A stretch of DNA of 40,873 nucleotides, taken from positions 64,001 through 104,873 of IMG/VR virus record IMGVR_UViG_3300032213_000610. The stretch is one strand, 5' to 3'. The position numbers were made by a program, and so were the translations under genes. This document shows, piece after piece, positions 1 to 10,900 of this stretch. This DNA comes from a virus (taxonomy: Duplodnaviria; Heunggongvirae; Uroviricota; Caudoviricetes). The notes beneath the pieces are model-generated. The model saw nothing but the letters and a program-made list of their open reading frames with translations, was not told the DNA's origin and searched no databases. How positions within the stretch are numbered: the first letter of the stretch is position 1; every line of letters starts with the position of its first letter.

Positions 1-645
1 CAATTTAAACTATACAACAAATATTCAACTAACTTTATCAACGGTAGACAAGCTAGATTTGTATATGCTGTTAAGCCTGTATCTAGTCAACCTACTGAGA
101 ATCAACAAGTTGCAGAACCTGGTGAAAAGAAAGCAACCGAATTACCTTCAGGAGAGCTTGTATTTAAAGATGTAGATAAAAGAATTAGAATAGACTATCC
201 TAAAACAATAGACGGTTTAGATAGTAACTTATTACAACAGGCAGCAAGACTTAGTTCTGAAGGAGAGATTGTTAGTATTGAGGATCTTGAAACTGAAAAG
301 TACGGACCTGCTGTAGATTATTTTGTAGAAGAAGTTGCTGATACAATTACTGTAGAAGAAGCTACGTTCTTACAAAATAATCCTATATTTGCAATTGATT
401 TTGTAGAAAATATGTTTAACAGTGAATACATTTTAACAATAAAAGATTACGCTCAACTATTGTTAGACAATAACCAAAAGCTTGTAGACACCGCTCAAAC
501 AAACTTGTTCTCTAAAGAAGGTGAAGTATCTGTAGAATTGAGAGATGGTAAAAGATACAACATCATAGATATAAACGGTAAACTATTAAAAGATATGGGA
601 TATAGCCCTATCGAAATTGGTAAAGTATTAAAAGAAATCTGTTAA
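1..645 (+). CDS. 3' end of a large (probably virion) protein, truncated by the window edge
   Basis: Frame 1 is open from base 1 to TAA at 643-645 (QFKLYNKYSTNF...VLKEIC). The listed 412 ATG is internal. The next ATG follows at 647. Confidence 0.75.
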   Translation, partial: QFKLYNKYSTNFINGRQARFVYAVKPVSSQPTENQQVAEPGEKKATELPSGELVFKDVDKRIRIDYPKTIDGLDSNLLQQAARLSSEGEIVSIEDLETEKYGPAVDYFVEEVADTITVEEATFLQNNPIFAIDFVENMFNSEYILTIKDYAQLLLDNNQKLVDTAQTNLFSKEGEVSVELRDGKRYNIIDINGKLLKDMGYSPIEIGKVLKEIC

Positions 646-646
646 T

Positions 647-3600
647 ATGGCAAGCTGTCCAAACGAAAATCTTGATTCCTGGAAACAATTAGTAGCCTCT
701 AGAGGAGAAGATATAGCATACTATCTATGGGATCTATATGATGGAGAGGTTCCTGCTGATGTAGTGTCAGGAGCAACTGATCCTTTGAAGGGAGGACGTG
801 TTCCTAATGAAATGGTTGATAAGTTTGTAGACAAGGTTATTGAGGTGGATGATAACACCATCCTTGTTCCTGCAACTGAAACTGAGAAAAGACATTACAC
901 ATTTAATGGTAAGCGAGTAGCAAGTAGTGTAACTGAGAAGGTTAAACAAAAGACTACTGAGCGTACAGAGTTTGAACAGGGTCAAGATACACAGAAGAAA
1001 GACTGGGGATCTGATGGGCATGCTTTTGCTGAGGTGACACTTAAGACAGACCTACTTGATGAAGATGGTTATGCTAAAGAAGTGTTTACAAAAAGTGCTA
1101 AAGCATCTAGATTAAATAGCACTATACAAACAGGAATAAGATCTTATCTAGAGGAACTAGTTAGATCATATCCTCCAGGAACAAGATTCCTTGTAGAAAG
1201 AAAAGGTACTAATACATCTGTAAAGGGTATGATATCTTCTACTATGGACTTGATTATTGTTGAGCCTATTAGAAAAGCTGATGGCACTAGAGATATGAGA
1301 GTAGATATATTTGACTGGAAGTTTACCAACTTCAACAAATCTACCAATGAAGATATTCCTTTCTATAAGCAAACAGAATGGAAAGCTCAAATGGGTGAGT
1401 ATTCAAAGATGCTTTACAGCTATGGTCTTAAACCTGAGCAATTAAGAAGAGCAAGAATGATTCCATTCTATGCTAACTATGAGAATAAGGTGAGAGGGGA
1501 TAGGAAGAGTCCATTGATTCTCAAATCATTAGAGATTGGTAAGGTGGATAACCTAAAAGAAACCAAACTCTATTTACTCCCTGTAGCATTAGATACAGAA
1601 ACAACAGGTAATAAGAAGGTGGATGATTTAGTTAAATCTCTTAGAACTCAATGGGAGAAGTTATACAAAACACCACGTACTGAAGAGGAATACTTAGCTA
1701 AGAAGTTAAAACTCAATCAGTTAGCTAAAGCTATTCGTTACTTACAAATGAAACAAGACTTTGCTCCATTGTCTATTGTTGGTAAGAACTTCCTAGTGGA
1801 TGCAAAGAAAACACTTGATTCATTTGAAGCTATTGATTATTCAAAGCTAGAGCAAAATGAAATAGCTGAGAGACTAGGACAACTTATTCAGCTTCAGAAG
1901 AGTGCTGAGAAGTTTTCTAAAATAGATAGTGTATATTTATCTCAGGTTTCCAAAGAAGATATGACTATTGAGGAGCAGAAGATACTTAGTTCATTAAAAG
2001 ATGTATCTAAGTCTACAGATGCAATGTTGTTGAAAATCAGTGAGTTACAGAAGAACTTTGTTGTGCAATATGCATTGAAAGAAGGAGCTGTTACAAAAGA
2101 TAATGCAAGAACAATATTAAATGCTGAATTGGAGATTGGGTTTATGGCAAAGACATTCTTAGAGGGAACTAAACTTTCTCCTAGAATTATTAGACTAGCT
2201 TCAAATGCTATTTTAAAAGCTAAGAGTGGTGTAGCTATCCAGACATCTAAGATGGTTAAAACATTTGAACCATTGTTATTAGAGCTAGAGAAAGAAGCTG
2301 CTACAAAAGGTAAGTCTGCATTTGATTTAATTGGTTATGTAGATGGTGATACACTCTCTCTAATCAAGAAGATTGATAAAGAGTTTTGGAATGAACTATC
2401 TAAAGCTAAATCTACTAAGGATAAAGATTTCTTGATACAGAATATGGATGTAGCAAAGTTTAATGAACTTGCTAAAGCAGCCATTAAGAAAGGTGAAGAA
2501 GATATAGATAGTACATTATTCTCTACAGATGAGGAGATGAATGATTCTATTAAAGAATATAGAAAGAAAAAACTAAGAGACTCTATAGACATCAACTTAA
2601 AATCATTTGATGGATATGAAGGATATGCCTTCTCTAGCATCTACAGTAAGGTGTTAAAAGAAGATGAGCACTTATCTAAGGAGTATAAGGAAATGTCAAA
2701 GAACAAGGCTGCATTAGATATGTGGAACTTCTTTACACAACTTAATCAGAAGGGTAAGGAGATGGGCTATTTGGCTAAGAAGGGGATTGCGTTCTTTCCA
2801 TTAATTGAAGCTACAATGATTGATAAGTTAGCCCAAACTAATAGTGTAATTGGTCAGGGTAAAGACTTCTTTAGAGATAGTTACACTGTAAAAGAAACTG
2901 AGAGTCAAAGCTATTCAAGATTAGATCCTGAGACAAATAAACTTAAGAAGGAAGTTCCTAAATTCTTTACTAAGACAAATAAAGATGTAACTCAACTATC
3001 CAGAGATCTAACTAAGATTGGTCCATTGTGGATCAAGTCTTTATTAGAATACCAATCTTCCAAGGATATGGAGGACATGTTATTAACTATGCACTCTGTA
3101 GAGAAAGCTAAAGGAAGTATTGTTGTTGATGCTGAGGGTAAAATTGTATTTGAAGCTGGTTCTCCTAAGATAGATGAAAGCTCTAACAAGAATGCTGATG
3201 TATTACAAACAATCATCGATGATGGTTTATATGGACTAAACGAAGATCTTACATCTATTGGTAACATTGGTATATCCACTGTAAGTGAAAAGTTCAGTAA
3301 GGGAGAAGAAGCAGCAGAAAGAAAAACTGTTTCTGTTAAGAAGATATTTAACAATGCTAACAGTCTTACACAGAGCTTAGCTGTAGGTTTGAAACTATTA
3401 GTAGCTATTCCAAACTACTTTGGTAACCAATTCCAAGCATACATTAATTCTGGAGGGTTCTACAACTTCAAAGACTTTCAAAAAAATAACCTTAGTGTAA
3501 CTACAGGTGCTGGCTTAACAACAATAGATAAAGCATTAATGGATGCAATTGTTCCATTGAATGAAGATGTTGCTGTTGAGAAACAAAAGGAACTTGCTAA

Positions 3601-4798
3601 GAAACAAGGGGTTATGAAAACCTTGAGTGCTTGGAGCTTTACTGATGTAATGATGATTACAAACTCATTCCCTGAAAGAAAGATTCAATATGCTAATGCT
3701 AAGTCATTCAATGATAACACAATGATTGAGAATGGCAAATTAGTAAACATTAGACAATACTTAAGAGCTGAAGACAGAAAGACTAAATATGCAAAAGATA
3801 AGTCTGGCAAATTAATAATGTCAGATGCTGAAAGAAGAGCTCTTGAGAATTCATTTGAAGACAGAGTGAAAGCATTGAAAGAAACTAGGTCCTTACCTAA
3901 GGTGGCTAAGATTGAGAATGATGAACTAGTTATCCCTGGTGTAAGTGATCAAGAACTTGCTAAATACCGTGTAAAGATTATTGAATACGGTAGAAATATC
4001 AATGGTCAAATGAACCTAGATAATAAAGCTGCTTATAGAAGAGATACAATCCTTAAGTCTTTCATGATGTTCAAGAACTGGATACCTAAGCAAGTGAGTC
4101 TTCGTACTCTGGATATTCAAAAGAACATGGAACTTGATGAGTGGGAATACGGTAGATCAAGAGTGTTTGTTAAAACTTTAATTAATCTAGGTTTTAGAAA
4201 CATCACAAAGATGAGAGACATCATGGCTGGTACAGCTGAAGGGCTTGCTATCATGGATGAGATACTAGAAGATAAAAGACAAGAGCATCTTAAAAAGACA
4301 GGTCAGGTGCTAGAGATTACTAACGAGGAGTTCTATGATTTGATGAGAAAAGAACTATCAAATCAAATGAAGGAACTAGGTGTGGTGATTGGTGTACTTG
4401 GTCTATTACTTGCTGCTAGAGCTGCTGTTCCTGATGATGAGGAAGACTTATTAGCTCAAAATAGATATAAGTTCTGGGCTAAAGCTACCAACAAGATAGC
4501 AGATGAAATTCTATTCTACTATAACCCTATGTCCTTTGAGGGTATGACCAAGGGAAGTGTCCTACCATCTCTTAGCTTATTAACCAAGGGTGAAAGATTC
4601 CTAGAAGCCTTACTTAAAGAGTCAGCTGGAACTATTACAGATGATGAAGATCTTATTAAAAAGGGTCATCCTGTTAAATACTTCTTTGATATGATACCTT
4701 TTATATCTCAGTTCCAGAGCGAAATCCTACCAATAGTTGACCCAGAGTTAGCTAAAGAGTTAGGCATCAGGGTGAGTGCTGAATCACGCAGACAATAA
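647..4798 (+). CDS. Large (1383 aa) virion/ejection-type protein with an N-proximal PD-(D/E)xK (RecB-like) nuclease motif
   Basis: Long, mostly helical ORF directly before the tail fibre. It contains MDLIIVE...DIFDWKF...QMGEY (D, D-x-K and QxxxY motifs of RecB-type nucleases). Confidence 0.6.
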   Translation: MASCPNENLDSWKQLVASRGEDIAYYLWDLYDGEVPADVVSGATDPLKGGRVPNEMVDKFVDKVIEVDDNTILVPATETEKRHYTFNGKRVASSVTEKVKQKTTERTEFEQGQDTQKKDWGSDGHAFAEVTLKTDLLDEDGYAKEVFTKSAKASRLNSTIQTGIRSYLEELVRSYPPGTRFLVERKGTNTSVKGMISSTMDLIIVEPIRKADGTRDMRVDIFDWKFTNFNKSTNEDIPFYKQTEWKAQMGEYSKMLYSYGLKPEQLRRARMIPFYANYENKVRGDRKSPLILKSLEIGKVDNLKETKLYLLPVALDTETTGNKKVDDLVKSLRTQWEKLYKTPRTEEEYLAKKLKLNQLAKAIRYLQMKQDFAPLSIVGKNFLVDAKKTLDSFEAIDYSKLEQNEIAERLGQLIQLQKSAEKFSKIDSVYLSQVSKEDMTIEEQKILSSLKDVSKSTDAMLLKISELQKNFVVQYALKEGAVTKDNARTILNAELEIGFMAKTFLEGTKLSPRIIRLASNAILKAKSGVAIQTSKMVKTFEPLLLELEKEAATKGKSAFDLIGYVDGDTLSLIKKIDKEFWNELSKAKSTKDKDFLIQNMDVAKFNELAKAAIKKGEEDIDSTLFSTDEEMNDSIKEYRKKKLRDSIDINLKSFDGYEGYAFSSIYSKVLKEDEHLSKEYKEMSKNKAALDMWNFFTQLNQKGKEMGYLAKKGIAFFPLIEATMIDKLAQTNSVIGQGKDFFRDSYTVKETESQSYSRLDPETNKLKKEVPKFFTKTNKDVTQLSRDLTKIGPLWIKSLLEYQSSKDMEDMLLTMHSVEKAKGSIVVDAEGKIVFEAGSPKIDESSNKNADVLQTIIDDGLYGLNEDLTSIGNIGISTVSEKFSKGEEAAERKTVSVKKIFNNANSLTQSLAVGLKLLVAIPNYFGNQFQAYINSGGFYNFKDFQKNNLSVTTGAGLTTIDKALMDAIVPLNEDVAVEKQKELAKKQGVMKTLSAWSFTDVMMITNSFPERKIQYANAKSFNDNTMIENGKLVNIRQYLRAEDRKTKYAKDKSGKLIMSDAERRALENSFEDRVKALKETRSLPKVAKIENDELVIPGVSDQELAKYRVKIIEYGRNINGQMNLDNKAAYRRDTILKSFMMFKNWIPKQVSLRTLDIQKNMELDEWEYGRSRVFVKTLINLGFRNITKMRDIMAGTAEGLAIMDEILEDKRQEHLKKTGQVLEITNEEFYDLMRKELSNQMKELGVVIGVLGLLLAARAAVPDDEEDLLAQNRYKFWAKATNKIADEILFYYNPMSFEGMTKGSVLPSLSLLTKGERFLEALLKESAGTITDDEDLIKKGHPVKYFFDMIPFISQFQSEILPIVDPELAKELGIRVSAESRRQ

Positions 4799-4843
4799 TG
4801 GTGAATTATTGCTATATTATGTAGCATTCTTCATCCTAACTCA

Positions 4844-4872
4844 TTGAAAATAAACTATATTCATTAACTTTG
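4844..4872 (+). promoter_or_regulatory. Bacteroidota sigma70-type promoter for the tail-fibre operon
   Basis: TTG (4844-4846), 18-nt spacer, TAACTTTG (4865-4872); matches TTG-N~19-TAnnTTTG. Confidence 0.6.
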
Positions 4873-4908
4873 CGAATGTGTTCCCTGCACATTCGCTTTG
4901 TTATATTT
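4872..4908 (+). terminator. Intrinsic terminator-like hairpin overlapping the promoter -7 box
   Basis: Perfect 9-bp stem GCGAATGTG / CACATTCGC (4872-4896) with loop TTCCCTG, followed by TTTGTTATATTT. Confidence 0.6.
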
Positions 4909-4932
4909 ACAATACACTCCTAACCTATAGAT

Positions 4933-7900
4933 ATGAATGTTACTTGTTCAGCTGAACCGTGTCCAGTTATACTAAATGCTACCTGCGTATTCTACGAAGG
5001 TAACACTTTGGTGTATACAGGTATTACTACTAATGACAATCTTCAGACTGCTTTACAGAAAATAGACCAAAAATTCCAAGACTCTAATCTAGGTTATATA
5101 TTTACGAACGGTCTTGAACAACTAGCTCCTGGTCAACCAGTTATGCTAGGTGGGGCATTGGTTAAGAACACCACAATTGGTGGTCTTTATAACCTTGCAT
5201 TTGCTGGTACATTGGAAGCATCTGCTCTCATCACTACAGGTGGAACATCAACAGATTTTGTAAAGGGTGATGGTAGCTTAGATCCAACTAGCTATCAGCC
5301 AGCAGGTAATTATATTTCAAATTTAACAGGAGATGTATTAGCTAACGGACCAGGGTCTGTAGTTGCTACATTAGCAACAGTATTTGGTGCACCTGGAACA
5401 TATGGTAATTCAGGAAACGTTCCTGCAATTACAGTGGATAGTAAGGGTAGGATTACAAATGTTACCCCTACACCAATCAACTACCCAGCTCAATCATTAA
5501 GTTTTGTAGGAGATGTAGATGGAGCTGGGTTCACTGGATCTCCAGTTACACTAACACTAGATACAGTTAATACAGACGTTTATGGAAGCAATAACTTCCT
5601 TAAGTTTGCTGTAAACGGTAAAGGACTTATCACATCTGCCACTCCAGTGAGTGATGGTGATATCACTACAGCACTAGGATATGTGCCTGTAAATGATGCT
5701 ATTGAATTGACAATCAATGGTGTAGCCCATGATTTAACAGCTAATAGAAGCTGGAGCGTAGGTACAGTTACTAGTGTGTCTATTACTGCTGGTACAGGTC
5801 TTAACGCTTCTATAATCAATCCTAATACTACTCCAAGTATATCTATAGTTAACACTGCACCTGACCAAACTGTTGTATTAACTGGTGGTTTTGGTATTAG
5901 TGTCACTGGATCATATCCAAACTTCACAGTTACAAATGACTATCCATCTTTAGGTGGTACAGTTACAAACTTCAGTGCTGGAAATCTATCCCCACTATTC
6001 ACTACATCTGTAACCAATCCTACAACAACTCCTGCTTTAAGCTTTGCCCTATCTAGTGCAGCAGCTAATACAGTGCTTGCTGGTCCTAATGGTGGAGCAG
6101 GGGCTCCTACATATAGAGCTTTAGTAGCTGCAGACATTCCTTCTCTATCATACATTTCTAATATATCAACCACAGCTCCTCTTGCTACAACAGGAGGATT
6201 AACCCCTACAATATCTATTAGTCAAGCTAACTCTACAACAAATGGTTACTTGTCTAGTACAGATTGGAATACGTTTAATAACAAAACAAGTTGTACTGGT
6301 ACTGTTACAAGCGTAGCGGTATGTTCAACAACCACAGGAGTTGCTATATCTGGAAGCCCAATTACCACTTCAGGATCTATAAATGTAGACATTTCTACAG
6401 CATCAGCATCTTGCACTGGTCTATTGACTTCTACTGATTGGAACACATTTGACAATAAGCAAGATGCTTTAGGCTATACACCTGTTCCAGATACTAGACA
6501 ACTAAGTATCAACGGGGTAGGTTATGATCTTACAGCTGACAGATGTTGGTCTGTAGGAACTGTTACAAGCATTACAGCTTCTGCTCCTTTAACAGGTGGT
6601 ACAATCACTGGCAGTGGTTCAGTTGGTATTACACAAGCAGGTGCTGGTAGCGATGGTTATTTAAGTTCAGCTGATTGGAATACATTTAACAGCAAACAAG
6701 TAGCAGGTAACTATATTACAGACCTCACTGGTGATGGTACAGCTTCAGGTCCTGGATCTGTAGCATTAACTCTTGCTACAGTGAACGCTTCAACAGGTAC
6801 ATTTGGTAGCTCTACACAAGTTCCTGTAATAACAGTGAATAATAAAGGGTTAGTAACCTGTGTTACCACAGATACTATCTCTGGATCATTAGAATTTATT
6901 GGTGATGTAACAGGTGTAGGTTCTACAGGAACTTGTACAACACTTACATTAGCTACAGTTAATAATGATGTATATACATCTGAGACTTTATTAAACATTG
7001 CTGTAAATGGTAAAGGTTTAATTACAAGTGCAAACCCTACAACTAGTGGAGATATTTGTTCTACACTAGGATATACTCCTGAGAATGTAGCAAATAAATC
7101 TACATGTACATCTCTAGGTGTATCAAATACTCTCTATCCTACACAACTAGCTGTTAAGACTTACGTTGATAACGCAACAGCTGGTGGTATTATATTACAA
7201 GGTAACTGGAACGCTAACACAAACACTCCTGACATCACTGGAACAACAACAACAGGTTGGGCTTGGAGAGTTGATGTAGCTGGTACAACTAACCTTGGTG
7301 GTATCACTGACTGGCAGGTTGGTGACTTAGCAGTTAAATCTGCTACAGGATGGGTTAAAATAGATAACACTGAAAACGTAACTAGCGTATTTGGTAGATT
7401 TGGTGCTATTGTAGCTACCACTGGTGACTACCTATCTTGTCAAGTTACTGAGTGTGGCAACTTATATTATACAGATGCAAGGGTGAGAGCTGCTGTAGGT
7501 CATACAGCTCCTTTAACTTATTGCTCTACAACTGGTGTATTTGGTATTACACAATCTAACACTACAACAGATGGCTATCTGAGTGCTACAGATTGGAACA
7601 CATTCAATGACAAACAGCCATTGATTGTTGCTGGTACAACTAGTCAATACTATAGAGGTGATAAAACATTCCAAACATTAGATACATCTGTTGTTACAGA
7701 AGGTACTAATCTCTACTTTACTGATGCTAGAGCTAGAGCTGCAATCTGTGCAAGCTCTGGTGTTGCATATAATCCTTCAACAGGATTAATAACAAACTCT
7801 TGTCCTGATCAAATAGTTTCTCTAACTGGAGGTGGAACAACCTCTATTACAGGAACCTATCCTAACTTTACCATTACATCTTCTGATTGTTTCTCTGGAA

Positions 7901-10900
7901 CAGTGACATGTGTTGCTGTTAGTGGTACAAACATTGGTGTAACTGGAAGTCCTATTACATCAGCTGGTACTATTGGATTATCACTTAGTGGTGCTAATGT
8001 ATGTAGTGCTCTAGGGTATACACCATATAACGCTACAAACCCTGCAGGTTATACAACATGTGTGGGCACTGTAACTAGTGTTGCATCTTGTACATCAACC
8101 ACAGGTGTCTTATTATCTGGAAGTCCTATAACCACATCTGGTACATTAGGAATAGATATATCAACAGCCTCTGCAACTTGCACAGGTTTGTTAACCTCAT
8201 CTGATTGGAATACATTTAACAGCAAGACTAGCTGTCTAGGTACTGTAACAAACGTTGCAACCTCTACATCTACTACTGGTGTACTTCTATCTGGTAGTCC
8301 AGTTACATCAAGTGGTACACTTGGTATCAATATCTCAACAGCATCTTCTGTATGTACAGGTTTACTTACATCTGCTGATTGGAACACATTCAATAATAAA
8401 ACTTCTTGCTTAGGTACTGTAACTAGTGTAGGTCTTACATCTGCAACAACAGGTGTAACAATAGGAAGTTCTCCTGTTACAACATCAGGAAACATTACAT
8501 TAAATATTGCCACTGCTTCAGCAACTTGCACAGGTTTGTTAACTGCTGCAGATTTTAATAACTTTAATAGTCATACATCATGCACAGGTACTGTCACTTG
8601 TGTAGCTGCTACAGGAACTAATATTGGTGTAACGGGTAGCCCAATCACAACATCTGGCACTCTAGCTATTTCCTTATCTGGAGCAAATGTTTGCTCAGCA
8701 TTAGGATTTACACCTTACAATGCAACCAATCCAAATGGTTACACAACATGTGTAGGTACAGTTACCTCTGTAGGAATTGTAGCTACAAACATAAATGTTT
8801 GTGCTTCCCCTGTAACAACAAGTGGTAACATATGTTTAAACTTAACAGCTGCTAACGTATGTTCAGCTTTAGGATATAGTCCTGCTCCAACGTCTAGTGT
8901 TATTATGGTAGCAGGTGGTGGTACTAATTCTACAATTAGATGTGGAGTGGGTAACACTGCTAGTCTTGGTCTTAGTGCTGCATTAGCTGGACAAAATAAC
9001 ACAGCATCAGGATATAGAGCAGTTGTAGTTGGTGGTTTATCAAATACAGCATTAGGAGGCAACTCTTTCATAGGTGGTGGTTTATTCCATTCAGCTAGTG
9101 CTCCCGAATCTACCATCTCAGGAGGTTATTGTAATATCTCTTCAGGAGTAGCATCATCTATTGTAGGTGGTAGAAATAACACTGCGTCAGGTGCTTGTAG
9201 TTTTATAGGTGGTGGATGTTTAAATATAAGCTCCAATTCAAACACAACAGTAGGTGGTGGATGGGCAAACTGTGCAACAGGAATATATGCAACAGTAGGA
9301 GGAGGTAGAAACAATAGAGCTAACAATAGTTACTCAACAGTTAGCGGAGGTTATGCAGGAGCAGCTTCAGGGGAATTTTCATTCTTAGGAGGTGGATTTG
9401 GAAACACGGCTCAAGGTAACTGTTCATTTGTTGGAGGTGGCCAGTCAAATACTGTAACAACTCAATGGTCAACATTAGGTGGCGGAGTTAATAACACAAT
9501 TAGTGGTAATAGAGGATTTTTAGGAGGTGGTTCTACAAACACAGTTAGTGGTTCATATTTTGCAACAGTCGTTGGTGGTAATAGTAATACTGCCAGTGGA
9601 TATGGTTCTTTCATAGGAGGAGGTAGCAGCAATACTGCCAGTGGATGCAGAGCGGTAGTTTCAGGTGGTCAGACTAATAATGCTTCAGGAAATTGCTCTA
9701 CAGTTGGGGGTGGTGTAAATAACAATGCAGGAGGCTGTTGCTCTACTGTTTCAGGTGGAGCAAATAATTTAGGTACAGGTCCTGTAGCTACGATAGGTGG
9801 AGGTAGAGGTAATAATACAGCTTCAGCTACTTATGCAACAATTGGTGGTGGATACGCTAACCTCTCTTGTGGTTACACTTCAACCGTATCAGGTGGATAT
9901 GTAAACTGTGCAACAGGTCAAGAATCATTTATCGGAGGTGGTAGAAATAACGCTGCCACAGGTACAAGAAGTACTGTAGGTGGTGGTTGGGGCAATACAG
10001 CATCAGCCTATGTAGGAACAGTGGGTGGTGGTTGTAATAATAGAGCCACTTTCTTTTGGTCTACTGTTGGAGGTGGACTAAATAACTTGTCATCAGGAGA
10101 TGCCTCTGTTATAGCAGGAGGTGTAAATAACACATCTAGTGCATATCATAGCACAGTTAGTGGTGGTAATAACAACACTGCTAACTTCAGACATAGTTCT
10201 GTTGGTGGTGGTTTAAATAACTTAGCTTCAAATTGTGGTTCTAGAGTTGGTGGAGGTATTGCCAACACTGCCTCAGGTCCATGGAGTAATGTTGGAGGTG
10301 GTTTATCAAATACGACACCATTTAATTATGCTACAATAGCAGGAGGTATTGGAAATACAACTTGTTCAAATTATGGAGCAATTAGTGGTGGTTACTATAA
10401 CTGCACGGGATATGTAGGTTTTGTAGGAGGAGGTGATGGTAACAAAGCTATGGGTAACTACGCTGCTATTGCAGGTGGTTATTGCAACTGTGCATCAGGA
10501 GCTTGTTCATTCATTGGAGGTGGTGGTACCATTGGTGCAGGAGGTAATGTTGCATCAGGAGCTTGGGCTGTTATTGGTGGAGGATGTGCTAATACAGCAT
10601 GTGGAACATTTGCTACAATTACTGGAGGTCAAGGAAATTTTGCTCCAGGTGTACGTTCTTTTATTGGAGGCGGTTTTTCAAATACAGCTTCAGGTACATA
10701 TGCAGTTGTTGCTGGTGGTCAATCAAACCAAGCAACAGGAATTAGAAACTTTGTAGGTGGTGGACAAGGAAATAGAGCTTGTGGAAGTTATTTTACAACA
10801 GTAAGTGGTGGATATGGTAACTCTGCTTCAGGATATGCTTCAACAATAAATGGAGGTATACGTAATACTGCATCAGGATGTTTGGCATTTGTTGGAGGAG

